Positions 1 through 15,710 are shown, counted from the stretch's first letter. The stretch is 64,000 nt of DNA from Octopus vulgaris (GCA_951406725.2 OX597830.1:64480001-64544000); one strand, 5' to 3'. Numbers and translations: made by a program. Notes: generated from the letters alone by a model not told the origin.

Positions 1-480
<480 letters not shown>

Positions 481-984
481 ATATGTGTATGACAATTATT
501 TTGTTCCCTAGTGAAACTAATTTATTCCCTCTTCCGATATATGTATACATTTTCACTCCAAACTTATGAATGGCGCCGTAAATGGGAGGGCACGAGAGTG
601 TGTCGCGGACGGAGGTGTGGTGTGAGGATTCCTCCCCACCACACCTATCTTACCCTACCCTGCCCTACCCCACTCCATGACAGTTTCTTACGGCAGGGGG
701 AATGGTGAGGATGTGTGCATCCAACAAGCGACTCAAGAATTAGTCAACTAAGTTAAATGTCAACGAGGCGTAGGGGGGGAGCGAAAATAGGGTGGGGGAT
801 TGAGAGGATGACGGGGGGAAACAAAACATGCAACTCCTTTGTAGTCGTTCCTTGCTTTCTTCCTTCCTTCCTTTCATCCCCGTCTCTCTCTCCCTCTCTT
901 TCTCTGCATCCATAATTGCCTCCTTTTCCTTTGTAGATTCGCATCAAACTTCATCTTTACGCAAAAACCGACAAGGAACTCCCT

Positions 985-1280
985 GTATTAGCGGGTCTTC
1001 AAACATTTTTAAAATTCACCTATGGACCCGTTTGATTCCTATTTTATTCGGGTGGACCCTCACAGCCATTCGATGTCTAAAATCTCCTACCATATTTTTA
1101 TAATTAAAATATTTGGAATTATAATAAAAAATTGTTAAAATATTTTGTATGTTGTAGAAATGTAACTCGTTTATTGCACAAATTTTAACAACAAAACTCT
1201 ATGTGCTCCCGCCCAAGGGCCATATGGAGGCCTAAGGGTCATATAGACCACTAAGGGTCATATGAACCCCTTAAAGAAGG
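985..1280 (-). mobile_element. Degenerate hAT (Charlie/MER5-like) MITE
   Basis: Reverse-strand similarity to copies at 33152 and 40059 (GGGTCCACC.GAATAAAAT motif); three tandem ~19-bp AAGGGTCATATG subterminal repeats at 1216-1270. Confidence 0.5.
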
Positions 1281-1800
1281 AAATTTTAGAATCATCTGCC
1301 AAAAACCTCCTTTAAACCCCGATTTTACATATTTAAAAAATATAAAAATAGAACACATTTGATGATTTAATCATAGATATATCACAAATAAGACGGAGAA
1401 GGTCATGGTTGGAAGGTCTCTAATCATAGCCAAGACCTGAATAATCACGGCTCATTTGAGGTCTAAAGAAAAGCAACACCCACACACGCTTGTTCACACG
1501 CATACATTCATACGTATACATACTCACACCCATACTGGTGCACCCAAGCACGCTTACACTCATACGTACACATCAAGACATGCATACACACACACACACA
1601 CACACAAAACACACATATACATACACATGCACATTGAACAGAAGTCAATGGTGACCCAGGCAGTGAAAATCAACACCTTGATATAGAGAAGTATTGTTTT
1701 ATTCGGGGTGGAAATCTACCCAGGTAATACAAGTAGATTTTACGTGCACTCTATAACACTAAACAATGTGTTGTTACAGTTCGGATTAATTCGTTCTGTC

Positions 1801-1843
<43 letters not shown>

Positions 1844-2505
1844 CGATGCGTGCATGTGTGTGGAAATATGTGTGTGTTTTCTCAGTATCTTAGTGAAAAT
1901 GGTGTTGGATGGGCAGAATCGTTTGAGCGTCCGATAAAATGTGTTTGTCCCCGCTCTTTGCGTTCTGTTTTTCCAATCCCGCTGAGGTTGACTTGTCCGA
2001 GGTATCACGCGGTGTGACTGAATCGAAGACCACCGGAAGCTTGCTTCCCAACCACATGACCAACACACGCATATGTGTCTATACATATATATATATATAT
2101 ATATACACATAAGTAAGATTCAGTTAAATTAAGTATGCATACATATATATATATACACATATATACATAAGTAATATTCAGCTATCTCAAATATTTAAAT
2201 TGAGGCACCTCGTTAGGTCGGAATAATACACACACACACACACACAGCAATATTACGTAAATATCAAACCTGGTACATAAGTACCGTCCGAATGTTATTC
2301 TTGCAGTGCATGTAGACAATTGGACCCAGCTGAGTGAAGCAACCCACTCTTGAACTATTCGGACATGTACATTGTATTAAATATACTGTCCATAATATTT
2401 ACGAAGGGAAGATTCCCAGGAAGGTGAATAAAATATATATGAGCAACAGTAGAGACATTCATGTATGTATTTATGTATCTATGCGTGTATATAACGTTCT
2501 CCTTT

Positions 2506-2772
2506 GGACAGAAATTTGCCTGCTATCTCTAGCGGGCCGAGTAGCTACTTTATAGCTCCGTCCATGGCTTGGAGTCCCAGTCTTGTTAATGAAGCTGTTT
2601 CCAGAGCTTCATGAAGGATAGTTACTAAATAACTGCATCATGTGGCAGAAATTTGCCTGCTATTTCTAGCGCGTCGAACATCTACGTTAAAAGGTTCCGT
2701 CAGTGGCCAGAGCTCCAGTGTTGTTGGCTTGCAAGGGTGTGTAGCAAGATAGTCACTGAATTAGCGTATCAC
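2506..2772. repeat. Diverged ~140-bp tandem duplication containing a dispersed ancient repeat motif
   Basis: CAGAAATTTGCCTGCTAT(C/T)TCTAGCG at ~2509 and ~2647; downstream GATAGT(T/C)ACT(A/G)AAT is also duplicated. Confidence 0.75.
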
Positions 2773-3080
2773 ATAACCTTCTCACTATTACTGCACAACT
2801 CACTTAACTGGCGTTAATACGAATACAAAGATGCTTTTTGTTTCGCTGGTCTCCATTTTGGTCATACGAGATGGGAGGAACAGGATGAGGTGATATTGGT
2901 GTGGGTGACGGTGGCGGTGGTGGTGGCGATGGTAGTGGTGATATTGAGGGTGAGGGTGGCGATAGCCATGCTGGTGATGATAGTCATGGCGCTGAGGATA
3001 TATCGTCAGGGAATTGATATTTAGAACAAAACATACGCCAACAGAACAATCAAGAAAACAAGGAATAGATGCAAATATGT

Positions 3081-3480
3081 TCATATATATATATATATAT
3101 AAAGCTGAAGTTGTCCGTGTATGGCAGAATTGGTAGCCTTCAACTAACACTATCTCCTCCGAGACCCTGCGGCACAAGTTGACCAAAATTGAGAGTATGA
3201 TAGAAGAAGGCTTGCTCTTCCTTCCGTAGAAGGAAAAAGTTCAGATCGGACCATGTTAACAACAAAAATTATTTACGTCTAAAAGGTGCTTTTTTTCTAT
3301 GAAAATCCCTACTTTTTACGATTTTTTTACTGTTGTGTCGCCATTTTTCGGTGTATTTCAACCAGAAAATTGTTCACTTAAAGAGAATAACAAGGTACAT
3401 AATGCAAAATTTTTACTTTTCGAAAATTCCAATTCCGAAGGGTCGAAACATACCCGAGCAACGCCGGGCGATACTGCTAG
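3081..3480 (+). mobile_element. Non-autonomous Helitron
   Basis: 3' hairpin CCCGAGCAACGCCGGG (3453-3468), then CTAG (3477-3480) followed by T; 5' end runs into (TA)n-TATAAAG; no TIR or TSD. Confidence 0.8.
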
Positions 3481-3537
3481 TATATATATATATATAAGCA
3501 TTTATATATATATACGTATATAAATAAAAATACATAT

Positions 3538-3945
3538 CTCTTTTCTCTTTCTCTTTTACTTGTTTTAGTCATTTGACTGTGACCATGCTGGAGCACCGCC
3601 TTTAGTCGAGCAAATCGACCCCAGGACTTAGTTTTTGGAAGCCCAGTACTTATTCTATCGGCCTCTATTGCCGAACTGTTAAGTTACGGGGACATAAACA
3701 CACCAGCATCGGTTATCAGGCGATGTTGGGGGGACAAACACAGACACGAAAACATATAAACACACATACATATATATATATACGACAGGCTTCTTTCAGT
3801 TTTCGTCTACCAAATTCACTCAGAAGGCTTTGGTCGGCCCGAGGCTATAGTAGAAGACACTTGCCCAAGGCGTCACGCAGTGGGACTGAACCCGGAACCA
3901 TGCGGCTGGTAAAGAAGCTACTTATCACACAGCCACTCCTACGCC
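3538..3945 (-). mobile_element. tRNA-derived SINE family A, full length
   Basis: A-box TGGCTGTG.., B-box GGTTCAGTCC, CORE-like CCTTGGGCAAGTG, internal TA/TG tract, GTAAAAGA tail; matches 63123-63531. Confidence 0.9.
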
Positions 3946-4299
3946 TATATACACACACACATACACATAGACACATATATGTATATATGAACGTATTATA
4001 TATGTATATGTGTGTGGGGTGTTTGTGTGTAAAAACAGAAGCACAAAAGTATGTATGCTTATATATGCAATCGAATCTACTTGGGAGGAAATAAAAGACT
4101 GACTGGGCTGACAATGAAACCTGAGAGGCATCACTTTACCTTGCGAATGTATAGAGTTTCTACACCCTCAACGAAAAGCAGTATGTTTAGTAAACCGTGT
4201 GAGCAGTAAACAAACTAACAGACTTCCGTTCTCGTTCTCTCTTTCTCACTCTCGCTCGCTGTGTGCATGTGTGTGTGTGTGTGTGTGTGCATGTGTGCA

Positions 4300-4333
<34 letters not shown>

Positions 4334-4488
4334 TGTGTGTGTGAATATTTGTACGTACGTATTTATATATATATATATATATATGCATGTGTATATGTAT
4401 GTATTTTTTATATACATGTGAGCACATGCACATATTTGTATGACCGTGCACATATGTGCATATGTAATTTCACACACGCACACACAGA

Positions 4489-4621
<133 letters not shown>

Positions 4622-5246
4622 TTATATAATCAGAAAAGAATATGTATTAATATTACTATAGTTTGTGCTCTCGAATTTTCAAACTGTAATGGGAAACCTT
4701 TGGGAAAATATTGCATAATACTGGATACATACAACGCTAATTACTGGGTTAGGAATAGAGGGGGGAGGGAAGGAGAGGGGAGAGAGAGAGGGAGAGAGCG
4801 ATGGAGAGAGATACTTTGTAAAACAGTATCTTCTGTTCGATGATATAGCTTACACTATTTCACTTAAGATAAATGTAGACAATATATTATTTACGTTTGT
4901 AATTTGTAGGCGAAAAGTGTACTGATGGTGATAGTAGCAGAAATTGAAAGTATTAGCAGTTAATGCGATGCTTGCAAACTAAATTGTTTGTTTTTATCCG
5001 CAAGCTCAGTAAATAATCCCACGAGATATTTACGTTTCTTGAAGCGTGACTGAGGACTAACGATAACGATTTAAGCTTATTTAGGCGAGTGAATGCATGT
5101 GGGCGTAAGATTAAGAAAGAATTAGTAAGTTTCTGTGGTCCTGTTAGTTAAAGGTTCAGTTAGGTTAGTTGGCTGTGATTCCTGGTTTGGATCCACTCTG
5201 AGACACTTTATGCAGAAATCCGTCATCTATGCACACAGACATATAT

Positions 5247-5655
5247 GCACACAGGAGTGGCTGTGTGGTAAGTAGCTTGCTTACCAGCCACATAGTTCCG
5301 GGTTCAGTCCCACTGCGTGGCACCTTGGGCAGGTGTCTTCTACTATAGACTCGGGCTGACCAAAGCCTTGTGAGTGGAAATGGTAGACGGAAACTGAAAG
5401 AAGCCCGTGGTATATATATGTGTGCGAGTGTGTGCATGTGTATATGTCTGTGTGTTTGGGTTTGTTCCGCCACCATCATTTGACAACCAATGTTGGTGTA
5501 TTTACATCCCCGTAACATATGGCTGTTCGGCAGACGAGAACGATAGAATAAGTACTAGGTTTACAAAGAATAAGTCCTGGGGTCGATTTATTCGACTAAA
5601 TGCGGTGCTCCAGCATAGTCGCAGTCAAATGACTGAAACAAATAACAGAATAAAA

Positions 5656-5657
<2 letters not shown>
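5247..5657 (+). mobile_element. SINE family A, full length
   Basis: Co-linear with the 63123-63531 copy. Confidence 0.9.
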
Positions 5658-5715
<58 letters not shown>

Positions 5716-6319
5716 CAATCTTTACATTTTGACGTTTGCTGGGTTTTTTTTTCCTGAGAACACACTATTTGTGATAAGGCGATTTAATGTCTATCTCCAG
5801 CGTATAGGAATCCACTTTAGTGGTCATTCCCTCTTATTAATTGTAATATAATTTTTAAATCTTCGGTTTTTCGAATATGCTAGACCACTGAATTGATGTT
5901 AATTGATTGATATCAATTTCTACCTCCATTATTTTAATTATGTATGTATATAAATATATATATATAGGGAGAATTCCTCCCCCCCCCAAAAAAAAGCAAA
6001 AAAAAAACAAAAGACGAAGACAGGTGGCGTAGACAACAAACAGATGTTGTAGACAAGTACAGAAACGCATACATGCACACATGTATGCATATATGTATGT
6101 ATGTATGTATATACACTTGGTAAAAATTACGTAGTTTCCACATGGTTATTATTTCGACAAAAGAGAAAAAAATAATCATTCGCGGTGAGTTATTGGGTTT
6201 TGAATTTACTGGTGTTTTTTTCAACCAGCAATTATTTTTACACTGACAATAACAAGTATATCTATCTACCAACACATAACGAACCCAGATACATGTACGC
6301 ATACGTATAAATGTAAGTG

Positions 6320-6365
<46 letters not shown>

Positions 6366-6443
6366 CATATATACACACATACACATACATATATGTACAT
6401 ACATATATATATATACACATATATATACATTTATGTATGTATG

Positions 6444-6478
<35 letters not shown>

Positions 6479-6601
6479 CTGTGTGTCTGTCTGTCTGTGC
6501 GTGTGTATGTGCGTCTGTGTGTGTCTGTCTGTGTCGAAAGGATGTGTTATAATACTATTCCACAGACATATATATATATATACATACACACACACACACA
6601 C

Positions 6602-6644
<43 letters not shown>

Positions 6645-7028
6645 ATGTGTGTATGTGCGTGCATATGTGTATACACACGTACAAACAACACACTCATACA
6701 CATACATACACACATTCAGTTAAATCCCCACCCCACTCTCCCTCAGATGAATATGAAAACTCTGAAGACGTAGACAACTATATCAAATCACCGTCATTGC
6801 TTTGTCGACGATTCCATGTTGTTGTTGTTGTTATTGTTGTTGTTATTGCTACATAAAGCTTGATGTAATAAATATTAATAAGTGTTATTTATAGGCGATT
6901 AATGAGGTTTCTCGCAGAGTCTTAAAATAACACCCAAATTAAAACATTATATTACGGAGAAGATAAGACGAGTGACAACAAAAGTCAACCTTAGAACAAC
7001 ATCGAGAGGTAGCAGCAGGTTTAGTATA

Positions 7029-7029
<1 letters not shown>

Positions 7030-7091
<62 letters not shown>

Positions 7092-7263
7092 GTAGAGATA
7101 GCGATGGAGAGATAGAAAGTGGTGGTGGGGGGGAGATAGGCGGAAAGAAATAGAGGGATATAGAGTGTGTTTAGCATAGTGTGTAAAGCGATAGAAAGAG
7201 ACAGGCAGAAAGAGGGAGAGAGAGAGAGGGAAAGATAAAGACGGAATGAAAGAGAGATAGATT

Positions 7264-7309
<46 letters not shown>

Positions 7310-7374
7310 GAAGGAGAGACAAAAAGAGAGGTACTGAGTGTTAAGCATTGGTGTATAAAGCGATAGAGAGAGAC

Positions 7375-7406
<32 letters not shown>

Positions 7407-7593
7407 GAGGAAGAGAGGGGCACAGAGTGTGTTTAGCATAGTGTATGAAGCGATAGAAAGAGATAGGCAGAAAGAGGGGGAGAGAGAGAGGGAAAGTGAA
7501 GGACGGAATGAAAGAGAGAGAGAGACACACAGAGACACAGGAGGAAGGAGAGACAAAAAAAAAGAGGCAAGGAGTGTTAAGCACGTATAAAGC

Positions 7594-7638
<45 letters not shown>

Positions 7639-7743
7639 GATAAAGAAAGAGAGGGAGAGAGAAAGGAGATAAGGAAAGAGACAAAGACAGGGAGAGGCAA
7701 AGAGAGAGGCACGGAGTGTTAAACATAGTGTATAAAGCGAGAG

Positions 7744-7798
<55 letters not shown>

Positions 7799-8000
7799 CA
7801 GACAGATAGAAAGACAGAGATGAGTAACAGAGAAAGATCGCATGCGTGAAAAAGAAAGGCAGAGAGAAAGAAATTACAAAGCATAGTGTATAAATTGAGA
7901 GAGGGAGACAGATCGAGAGAGAGGGAGAGATGGAGAGGTAGAGAAGGAGAGAGAGAGAGAGAGAGGGAGAGAGAGAGAGAGAGGGGGAGAGAGAGGCCGC
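7030..8000. repeat. (GA)n-rich compound minisatellite with a recurring ~30-bp non-GA motif
   Basis: GAGTG(TG)TT(T/A)AGCATAGTGTATAAAGCGATAG at ~7163, 7337, 7425, 7572, 7714 and partial at 7878. Confidence 0.85.
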
Positions 8001-9128
8001 CATAAGAAAATAGATTCAAATTCCTGTTGAACGCCAATTCATCTCACTGACATTGTGTTGTTGGGAAAGGCATGAATATCACGTAATCGATTGCCTTAAC
8101 TTTTGAAGAATGATGTTCATGTAGCTATGTAAGAAATAAGCATCTTCAGTTTATTGTTAACAAGAGAGTCTTTACGTGGTCGTATGACCTGCTAGATAGA
8201 GCAGTCAAATCTATTAGAAATCACCCAGTTCTATCTCTAAAATGGGAAGAAAAAATAGTGTAGTTTTTAGATAAACTAAGTTTGGCTTTAAAATTTCAAA
8301 CGTAATGGCCATGGATGGAATATATTCTGCATGATGAGAACCGACGTACAGCTAAACAGCAGCAATAATTGACGAACATCACAACGTTAAAGACAGTGAT
8401 GTTATTGACGTTGCTGCAGATGATAAGGCCGTGTAATAATAATAATAACAAAATAGTGGTGGCAGTAATGATGATAATGATGATAATGAGGTTGATAATG
8501 TTTAAAAGCTGGAGATTACACTCTGCTTATTATAATATTGATGGTTATGATGAATTACAAAAAGAAAGGCTTAAAGCAAAAAAATAAACCAAAACAAAAA
8601 AGCCATCAATATAAGTTACTTTGGACAAACATCAACTTAATTAAAACGGCGTTGGATTATGCATTTACTTCATAACAATACTTATGGAACTGTAAGAGAA
8701 TAGCTTAAACAACAAAAGAAATATAACTGAAACTGTAACAAAATGTAGCTCAGTAAGATCAAGGCCATAGACTAAATCTAGATTAGTAAAAGCACTAATA
8801 TTAATTACATCATAAATTAGTACAGCACTACCAAACAAAAGTAGTCATTGTGGAAGAGAAAACACTATTTAAATAGCCAGTCACTTCGCACTAACATGTT
8901 GTCTACTCTCACTTCCATCACGTGATCCAGTGACGTAACTAATATTAATTAGATTATGTAGGTGAAATATTACAGGATAATTTGGCTGTGGATTCAAATA
9001 ATTGTAACATTATTAAATGAGTTGTGCAAGTGAAAGTTATGATTAGAGAGCGCACGGATACGCAGACATACACTAAAAGTCATATAAAAACACATACTAC
9101 AGCAAGTATGCATCTGTGTGTACGTATC

Positions 9129-9162
<34 letters not shown>

Positions 9163-9230
9163 TACACACATATATATATATATCGACTGCTATTTCTAGT
9201 AAACATTGGTGCCTTGTGCCACTAGGCTAT

Positions 9231-9299
<69 letters not shown>

Positions 9300-9618
9300 T
9301 AGAGATAGATAGATAGATATATAGATATTGATATAGACATATACACACGTATGCATGTATATATATATATATGTATGTATATGTGTGTATATATGTCTAT
9401 GTACATATGTATATAAATATATATGTCTAAAAATATATGTACATATATGTGTATATATATCTATAAGTATATATATATGTATATATGTATATATATATGT
9501 ACATATATGTGTATATTTATGTATATATATATATATGTATATATATATATGTATATATACATATATATGTACATGCATGTATATGCATATATGTATATGT
9601 ATATATATATGTACATGC

Positions 9619-9660
<42 letters not shown>

Positions 9661-10297
9661 CTATGTATATAAATATATATCTCCACACACACACACATAA
9701 TGGAGTTTAGTGGGTAGGGAAATATGCAGGAAGAGAGAACGCAAGATAAATAATGTTTAGATGTACAGCAATATTTAACACAACCAGTGCTTAACAGGTT
9801 GAAAGATGAATCACTGAGAGTGAAAGGTCACAGGATATTACAGGTAACATTCTCAGACTATCAGGATATCTTTTCTCGAAAGTCATATGTATATGTGTTT
9901 GTGTGTGTGTGTGTGTGAATACATATTTTTTATAAGCATTTAAATGTTTCTCTATTTCTCACTCTATTTATATACATATATATATACACACACACACACA
10001 TATATATATATATAAATGAGCCCTAATATATACGAAGATAAACATACACACACACGCACGTACGCACAAGCATGTATATAATAAAACTTACATATTTATA
10101 AACATATATGCATACAGCCATACATGTTTGCAACATCTGCAAGAATAGTCAGCAGAAACGGCGATAACGAATGGATGGGAGGCGAAAGATGAAGCGAGTA
10201 CGTGCAAATGTTATAAAATCGAGATGTACTGAACATCCAAACTCTCAATATATATCACGCTTAGCGTGTATGCATATACAGCAACTCCCACTCAAAT

Positions 10298-10366
<69 letters not shown>

Positions 10367-10497
10367 AGTTATAATTCAAATTTACCGAAAACAAGAGACG
10401 ATGACGGGTGTATGAACAACAAGTAGGAGTCTAAGTTTAACAGTCGGGAAGAATGCGTAGCAAAGTCTTTTACATTTCGTGCCTACGCTCTTCGGCA

Positions 10498-10563
<66 letters not shown>

Positions 10564-10839
10564 GTTTATATATTCATATATATGTATATATGTATGTATA
10601 AATATATATATATGTATATATAATTATATATATATGTATATATTTATATATATATATATGTATAAATATATATGTATATGTTTATATATATATATATCTG
10701 TGTGTGTTTGTATCTATCTATCTCTCTATGTATATATATAAACACACATAAATGTGTATATATGTGTATGTCTGTGTTTGTATAAACATATATGTGTATA
10801 TAATCCACACACAGACAGACACAGACACACACACATACA

Positions 10840-10966
10840 CTCGCAAGGCTTTGGTCGGTTCGAGACTATCGAAGAAGACACTTGCCTAAGGTGCCACGCA
10901 ATGGGAATGAACCCGGAACCATGTGGTTGGTTAGCAAGCTACTTACCACACAGCCATTCCTGCGCC
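10840..10966 (-). mobile_element. SINE family A, 5' portion
   Basis: Matches the head and CORE-like part of family A. Confidence 0.85.
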
Positions 10967-11340
10967 TATATATATACACATATATATATACATATATATA
11001 CACACACATATATAGAAACATATATATACGCATATATACATATATACATATCCATATGTACATATATCTATATATTTATATATCCATGCAGAGGTTCAGA
11101 TGCTTACACGCGTTTACTCACACGTATATTCATACACACAAATATGCATACGTCCATGCGCATTCATAGTTACATTTATCACTCTTTCACTTCACACAGA
11201 AATGATAATTTGTAACTAGTTGTAGAGACCCCCTCCGTGAGCCGATGCCTTCCTTGGTAGAACTGAGACGTGCCCTCTGTGATTAATATCTCACAACCTA
11301 CCACACACACTTAGACATGTCCACAACATCTATCTATCTG

Positions 11341-11439
<99 letters not shown>

Positions 11440-11449
11440 TCTTCTATCC

Positions 11450-11536
<87 letters not shown>

Positions 11537-11567
11537 AATATATATATATGTATATATCTATATCTAC

Positions 11568-11643
<76 letters not shown>

Positions 11644-11687
11644 ATGTATATATCAATCTATATGTATCTCTCTCTCTCTCTCTCTCT

Positions 11688-11750
<63 letters not shown>

Positions 11751-12222
11751 TATACATATATATGTATGCATATGTGCACAAACAGATGCATATATATATA
11801 CAAATATGAATGCGTATGTTCACCCTGGTCTAGGAAACTATTATTATAAACAGAAATTTATCAGGTTGTTTGCAATAAATAAATAAATACAACCACCCGT
11901 ATCAAAGCAATGCCACCCGCTTGCATCAGCTGTGACGACAGATTTCGCCTAAAAGGATAACACCCCACCTACCGCGCTCACATTACCCATTTACAAACAA
12001 ATATATATAGCATTTTTAGATTTGCGTATTTTACATATACACCCACATATCTATACACATACACATAACATTACGAACACATACAGAAATACAAACATGA
12101 AGGCATACATATATACACATTCATATATATATATATATATACATATATATACATACATATACATAAATATATATACATACATATATATATACATACATAT
12201 ACATACATGTATATATACATAA

Positions 12223-12262
<40 letters not shown>

Positions 12263-12528
12263 ACATACATATATACATAGATATATATACATAAATATAT
12301 ATGCATCCATACACACACACACACACATATAGCTATATGTGTATAAAGATATATAGGTGTGTGTGAGAGTAATGTGTGTGTATGTGCGCGCATATATAAA
12401 TGTGCGCGCGTGTGTGTGCCTGTGCATATATATATATCTATATACACACACACACATACATATATATACATGAATATACTTATTAGTAGGCAAGTGTATT
12501 TGTATATATGCATTTATGTTTGTATGTC

Positions 12529-12559
<31 letters not shown>

Positions 12560-12636
12560 GTATATAAATATATGTATATATATATATATATGTATATATA
12601 TATGTAAATATATGTGTATATATATGTATATATATG

Positions 12637-12726
<90 letters not shown>

Positions 12727-13166
12727 CGTGCATGTTCGTGTGTATGTGTGTACACACACAAGCATGTACATAAGAGCACAAATGAAAATATATACACAGA
12801 AACATATGCATATTCACACATGCACACGCACACACACGCACACATACACACAGACACACACACGTGCACCTACAAACCCAAAGAGACACAGCCATACAAA
12901 GTGACTGACAGACACGTTTGCCTGTTCCTGATATGACCCACAAAAGTGTTAAGAAACATTTTAAAATAAGTCTTTTAACGTAACACAACTTTGAAACATC
13001 AAAGTGTAATAAACACGGACTAAAAACACACCACAAAAAGACATCGCAACTGAGATAGAATAACTAAACACACAAAACATGGACAAGAGCAATCTATGAA
13101 ACTTATAGGCAGATACAAATAAATAGAAAAAAAACATGCAGACACACAGATATGTATATGTATATA

Positions 13167-13586
13167 CTCTTTACTCTTTTACTCTTTTACTTGTTTCAGT
13201 CATTTGACTGCGGCCATGCTGGAGCACCGCCTTTAATCGAGCAACTCGACCCCGGGACTTATTCTTTTGTAAGCCCAGTACTTATTCTATCGGTCTCTTT
13301 TGTCGGACCGATAATTAAGGGGGCCTAAACACACCAGTATCGGTTGTCAAGCAATGCTAAGGGGACAAACACAGACACACAAACACACACACGCATATAT
13401 ATGTATATATATATACATATATACGACGGGCTTCTTTCAGTTTCCGTCTACCAAATCCACTCACAAGGCTTTGGTCGGCCCGAGGCTATAGTAGAAGACA
13501 CTTGCCCAAGGTGCCACGCAGTGGGACTGAACCCGGAACCATGTGGTTGGTAAACAAGCTACTTACCACACAGCCACTCCTGCGCC
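13167..13586 (-). mobile_element. SINE family A, full length
   Basis: Near-consensus copy with (GTAAAAGA)n tail. Confidence 0.92.
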
Positions 13587-13596
13587 TATATATATA

Positions 13597-14442
13597 CTAG
13601 CAGAATTGCCCGGCGTTGCTCGGGGCTGAATTGCTTGAAAGTACTGTTAATGATTGCCCTGAATTATGATGATTATTCAGGCAAATATTGATATAAGTTT
13701 ACGGTGGGAGATAAGGACTTAACGATCAAACGTGTGCCATTGCATTGTTTTGGGGGAACCAAATATCTGATGAGCATTATAGGGGCACCAACTTTAAGTT
13801 TGAGAAAGTGTGGTGGTAGTCCGGGGTGCTCAAAGGAATTGAGTACCTCTATTGGATAGTTGATGACGTCCTCTGGGTCAGGAGTTGTATCGATAGACTG
13901 ATATACATAGACTTCCCCAGGAATGAGTTTTAGCATTTCATCATTAATATGGTGAACAGTTTTATTCCTCGGGGCCAGAATAGCCCTTTGGCCAATCCAA
14001 TCCATATTCTGATAATTAGCTTGTAGATCTGGGAACACTGCATCTCTGAGATCAGAAGGCGTCTTAACAAAGGTACAAATGGAATCGATGGCAATATTAC
14101 CAGTTTCATCCCCTGGGATTTTGCCTTCGCCAAGTGCAAGGAGGGTGTGAGGAAATGCTGCTGATGTGATATTACGTTGCATATGAGCACGCATATTGGT
14201 GTGAAGTTTGAGAGTTACTTCCCTTTATTAAAAAAATATGCATTAAAATGGAAAAAAATGATGGTAAATTATTTGTAAAATCGTAGACTCATCGTAGACG
14301 CGCGCTAATAACCAGAAGGGCTCGATATGAATCACGACTATAAGATACCCGGTTTTGGTTAAACTGCATCGCAAAATGTGGGAGTAGTTAGGAATCTAAA
14401 TCGGAGTAGACAGACACACAACCTTTCTTTTATATATAAAGA
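13597..14442 (-). mobile_element. Internally deleted Helitron carrying a helicase fragment
   Basis: Minus strand A|TCTTTATATATAAAAG 5' end at 14442; 3' hairpin CCCGAGCAACGCCGGG (13609-13624) and CTAG|T at 13597; sits between A and T. Confidence 0.88.
13673..14215 (-). pseudogene. Helitron RepHel PIF1-family helicase fragment
   Basis: Motifs KLHTNMR, RAILAPRN and LNSFEHPGLPPHFLKLKVGAPIMLIRYL..PKQCNGTRLIV match PIF1/Helitron helicase; no Rep domain or N-terminal helicase motifs. Confidence 0.9.
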
Positions 14443-14970
14443 TTTTCGTCCTAAACAACTTTGTATGGATTGAATGGTTACCTATATGGAAATATATACA
14501 CGCACATTATACATACATGTGTGTATAGATGAATATATAAATACATTTAAATATCTATATACACTTTTGGGCGATCTTTCTTTTTCTTAGAGATAACTTT
14601 AGATCTTATTTTCGTCCTAAAAAACTTTGTATGGAGTGAATGGTTACCTCTATGGAAATATATACACACACGTTATACATACATGTGTGAATAGATGAAT
14701 ATATAAATACATTTATATATCTATATACACTTTTGGGCGATCTTTCTGCTACTTAGAGATAACTTTAGATCTTATTTTCGTCCTAAAAAACTTTGTGCGG
14801 AGTGAATGGTTACGTCTATGGAAATATATACACACACATTATACATACATCTGTGTATAGATGAATATATAAATACATTTAAATATCTATATACACTTTT
14901 GGGCGATGTTTCTGCTACTTGGATATACTTTAGATCTTATATTCGTCTTAAAAAACTTTGTATGAATTGA
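14443..14970. repeat. ~166-bp tandem repeat, ~3.2 copies
   Basis: TTTTCGTCCTAAA at 14443, 14609, 14775 and ~14940. Confidence 0.93.
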
Positions 14971-15710
14971 AAAATAAAATGAATTGAAATTTTTAAGAAA
15001 GGAATTTGTTTACATACATGTGTGAAATGGCAAATGTTTGTGCAGTTGTCCGAAATGGAACCAGGGTAAATGTGTGGAACTGATGTATAATAATGAATAG
15101 GCCTTCTTGTTGTGAATATTAATTTGATGAATATGAACTGAAAACCAGTGGTGTAGCAAAAAGGATGACCAGTCTGACTGGCTCATCCCTGTCACACACT
15201 CACACACACACGCACACACACACACGCACCCTCACACACACACACACGCACACACACACTGACACACACGCACACACACACACACGTTAGCTTACAATTT
15301 TATTTATATATTTGCATGTGTATGTGTGTAAATAGGAAGTGGGAGTAATATGCAGAGTAAAGGCTTTAAAGTGAAATGGTAGTTTTCTCGAATTTTTTCT
15401 GAAATGGGGGTGAAATTGAAAGAACTTTTGTATGTTATGACCGAATGGAAGTACTTTGAAAAATCATAGGTAAACTCTAATTGAAGAAATTGTGTGAGGA
15501 GTAAATCGTTATGTATTTATTTGTTTCTGTTTGCTGTGTTTTTTTTTGAGTAGTGGTTTCAGGTACACTTGCAAAGAGAAAGTATGAGAAATTATGGTGA
15601 TAGCATGAGTGATCCGTTTTATATAAATACTTTCACTTTAATCGCTGCACACTTGCAAAGAGAAAGGAGGAGAAATTAGGGTGATAGCATGAGTGAAGCA
15701 GATCGCTCCG

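Noticed and set aside
613-646. GC-rich hairpin AGGTGTGGTG...CACCACACCT
   Set aside because: An isolated stem-loop with no Helitron CTRR, ribozyme core or terminator context.
7150-7900. CRISPR-like repeat-spacer appearance (also 30225-31630)
   Set aside because: Spacers are low-complexity or mutually related and variable in length, repeats are degenerate, there are no cas genes, and the context is eukaryotic.
13673-14194. Host PIF1 helicase gene
   Set aside because: Partial domain enclosed by Helitron termini.
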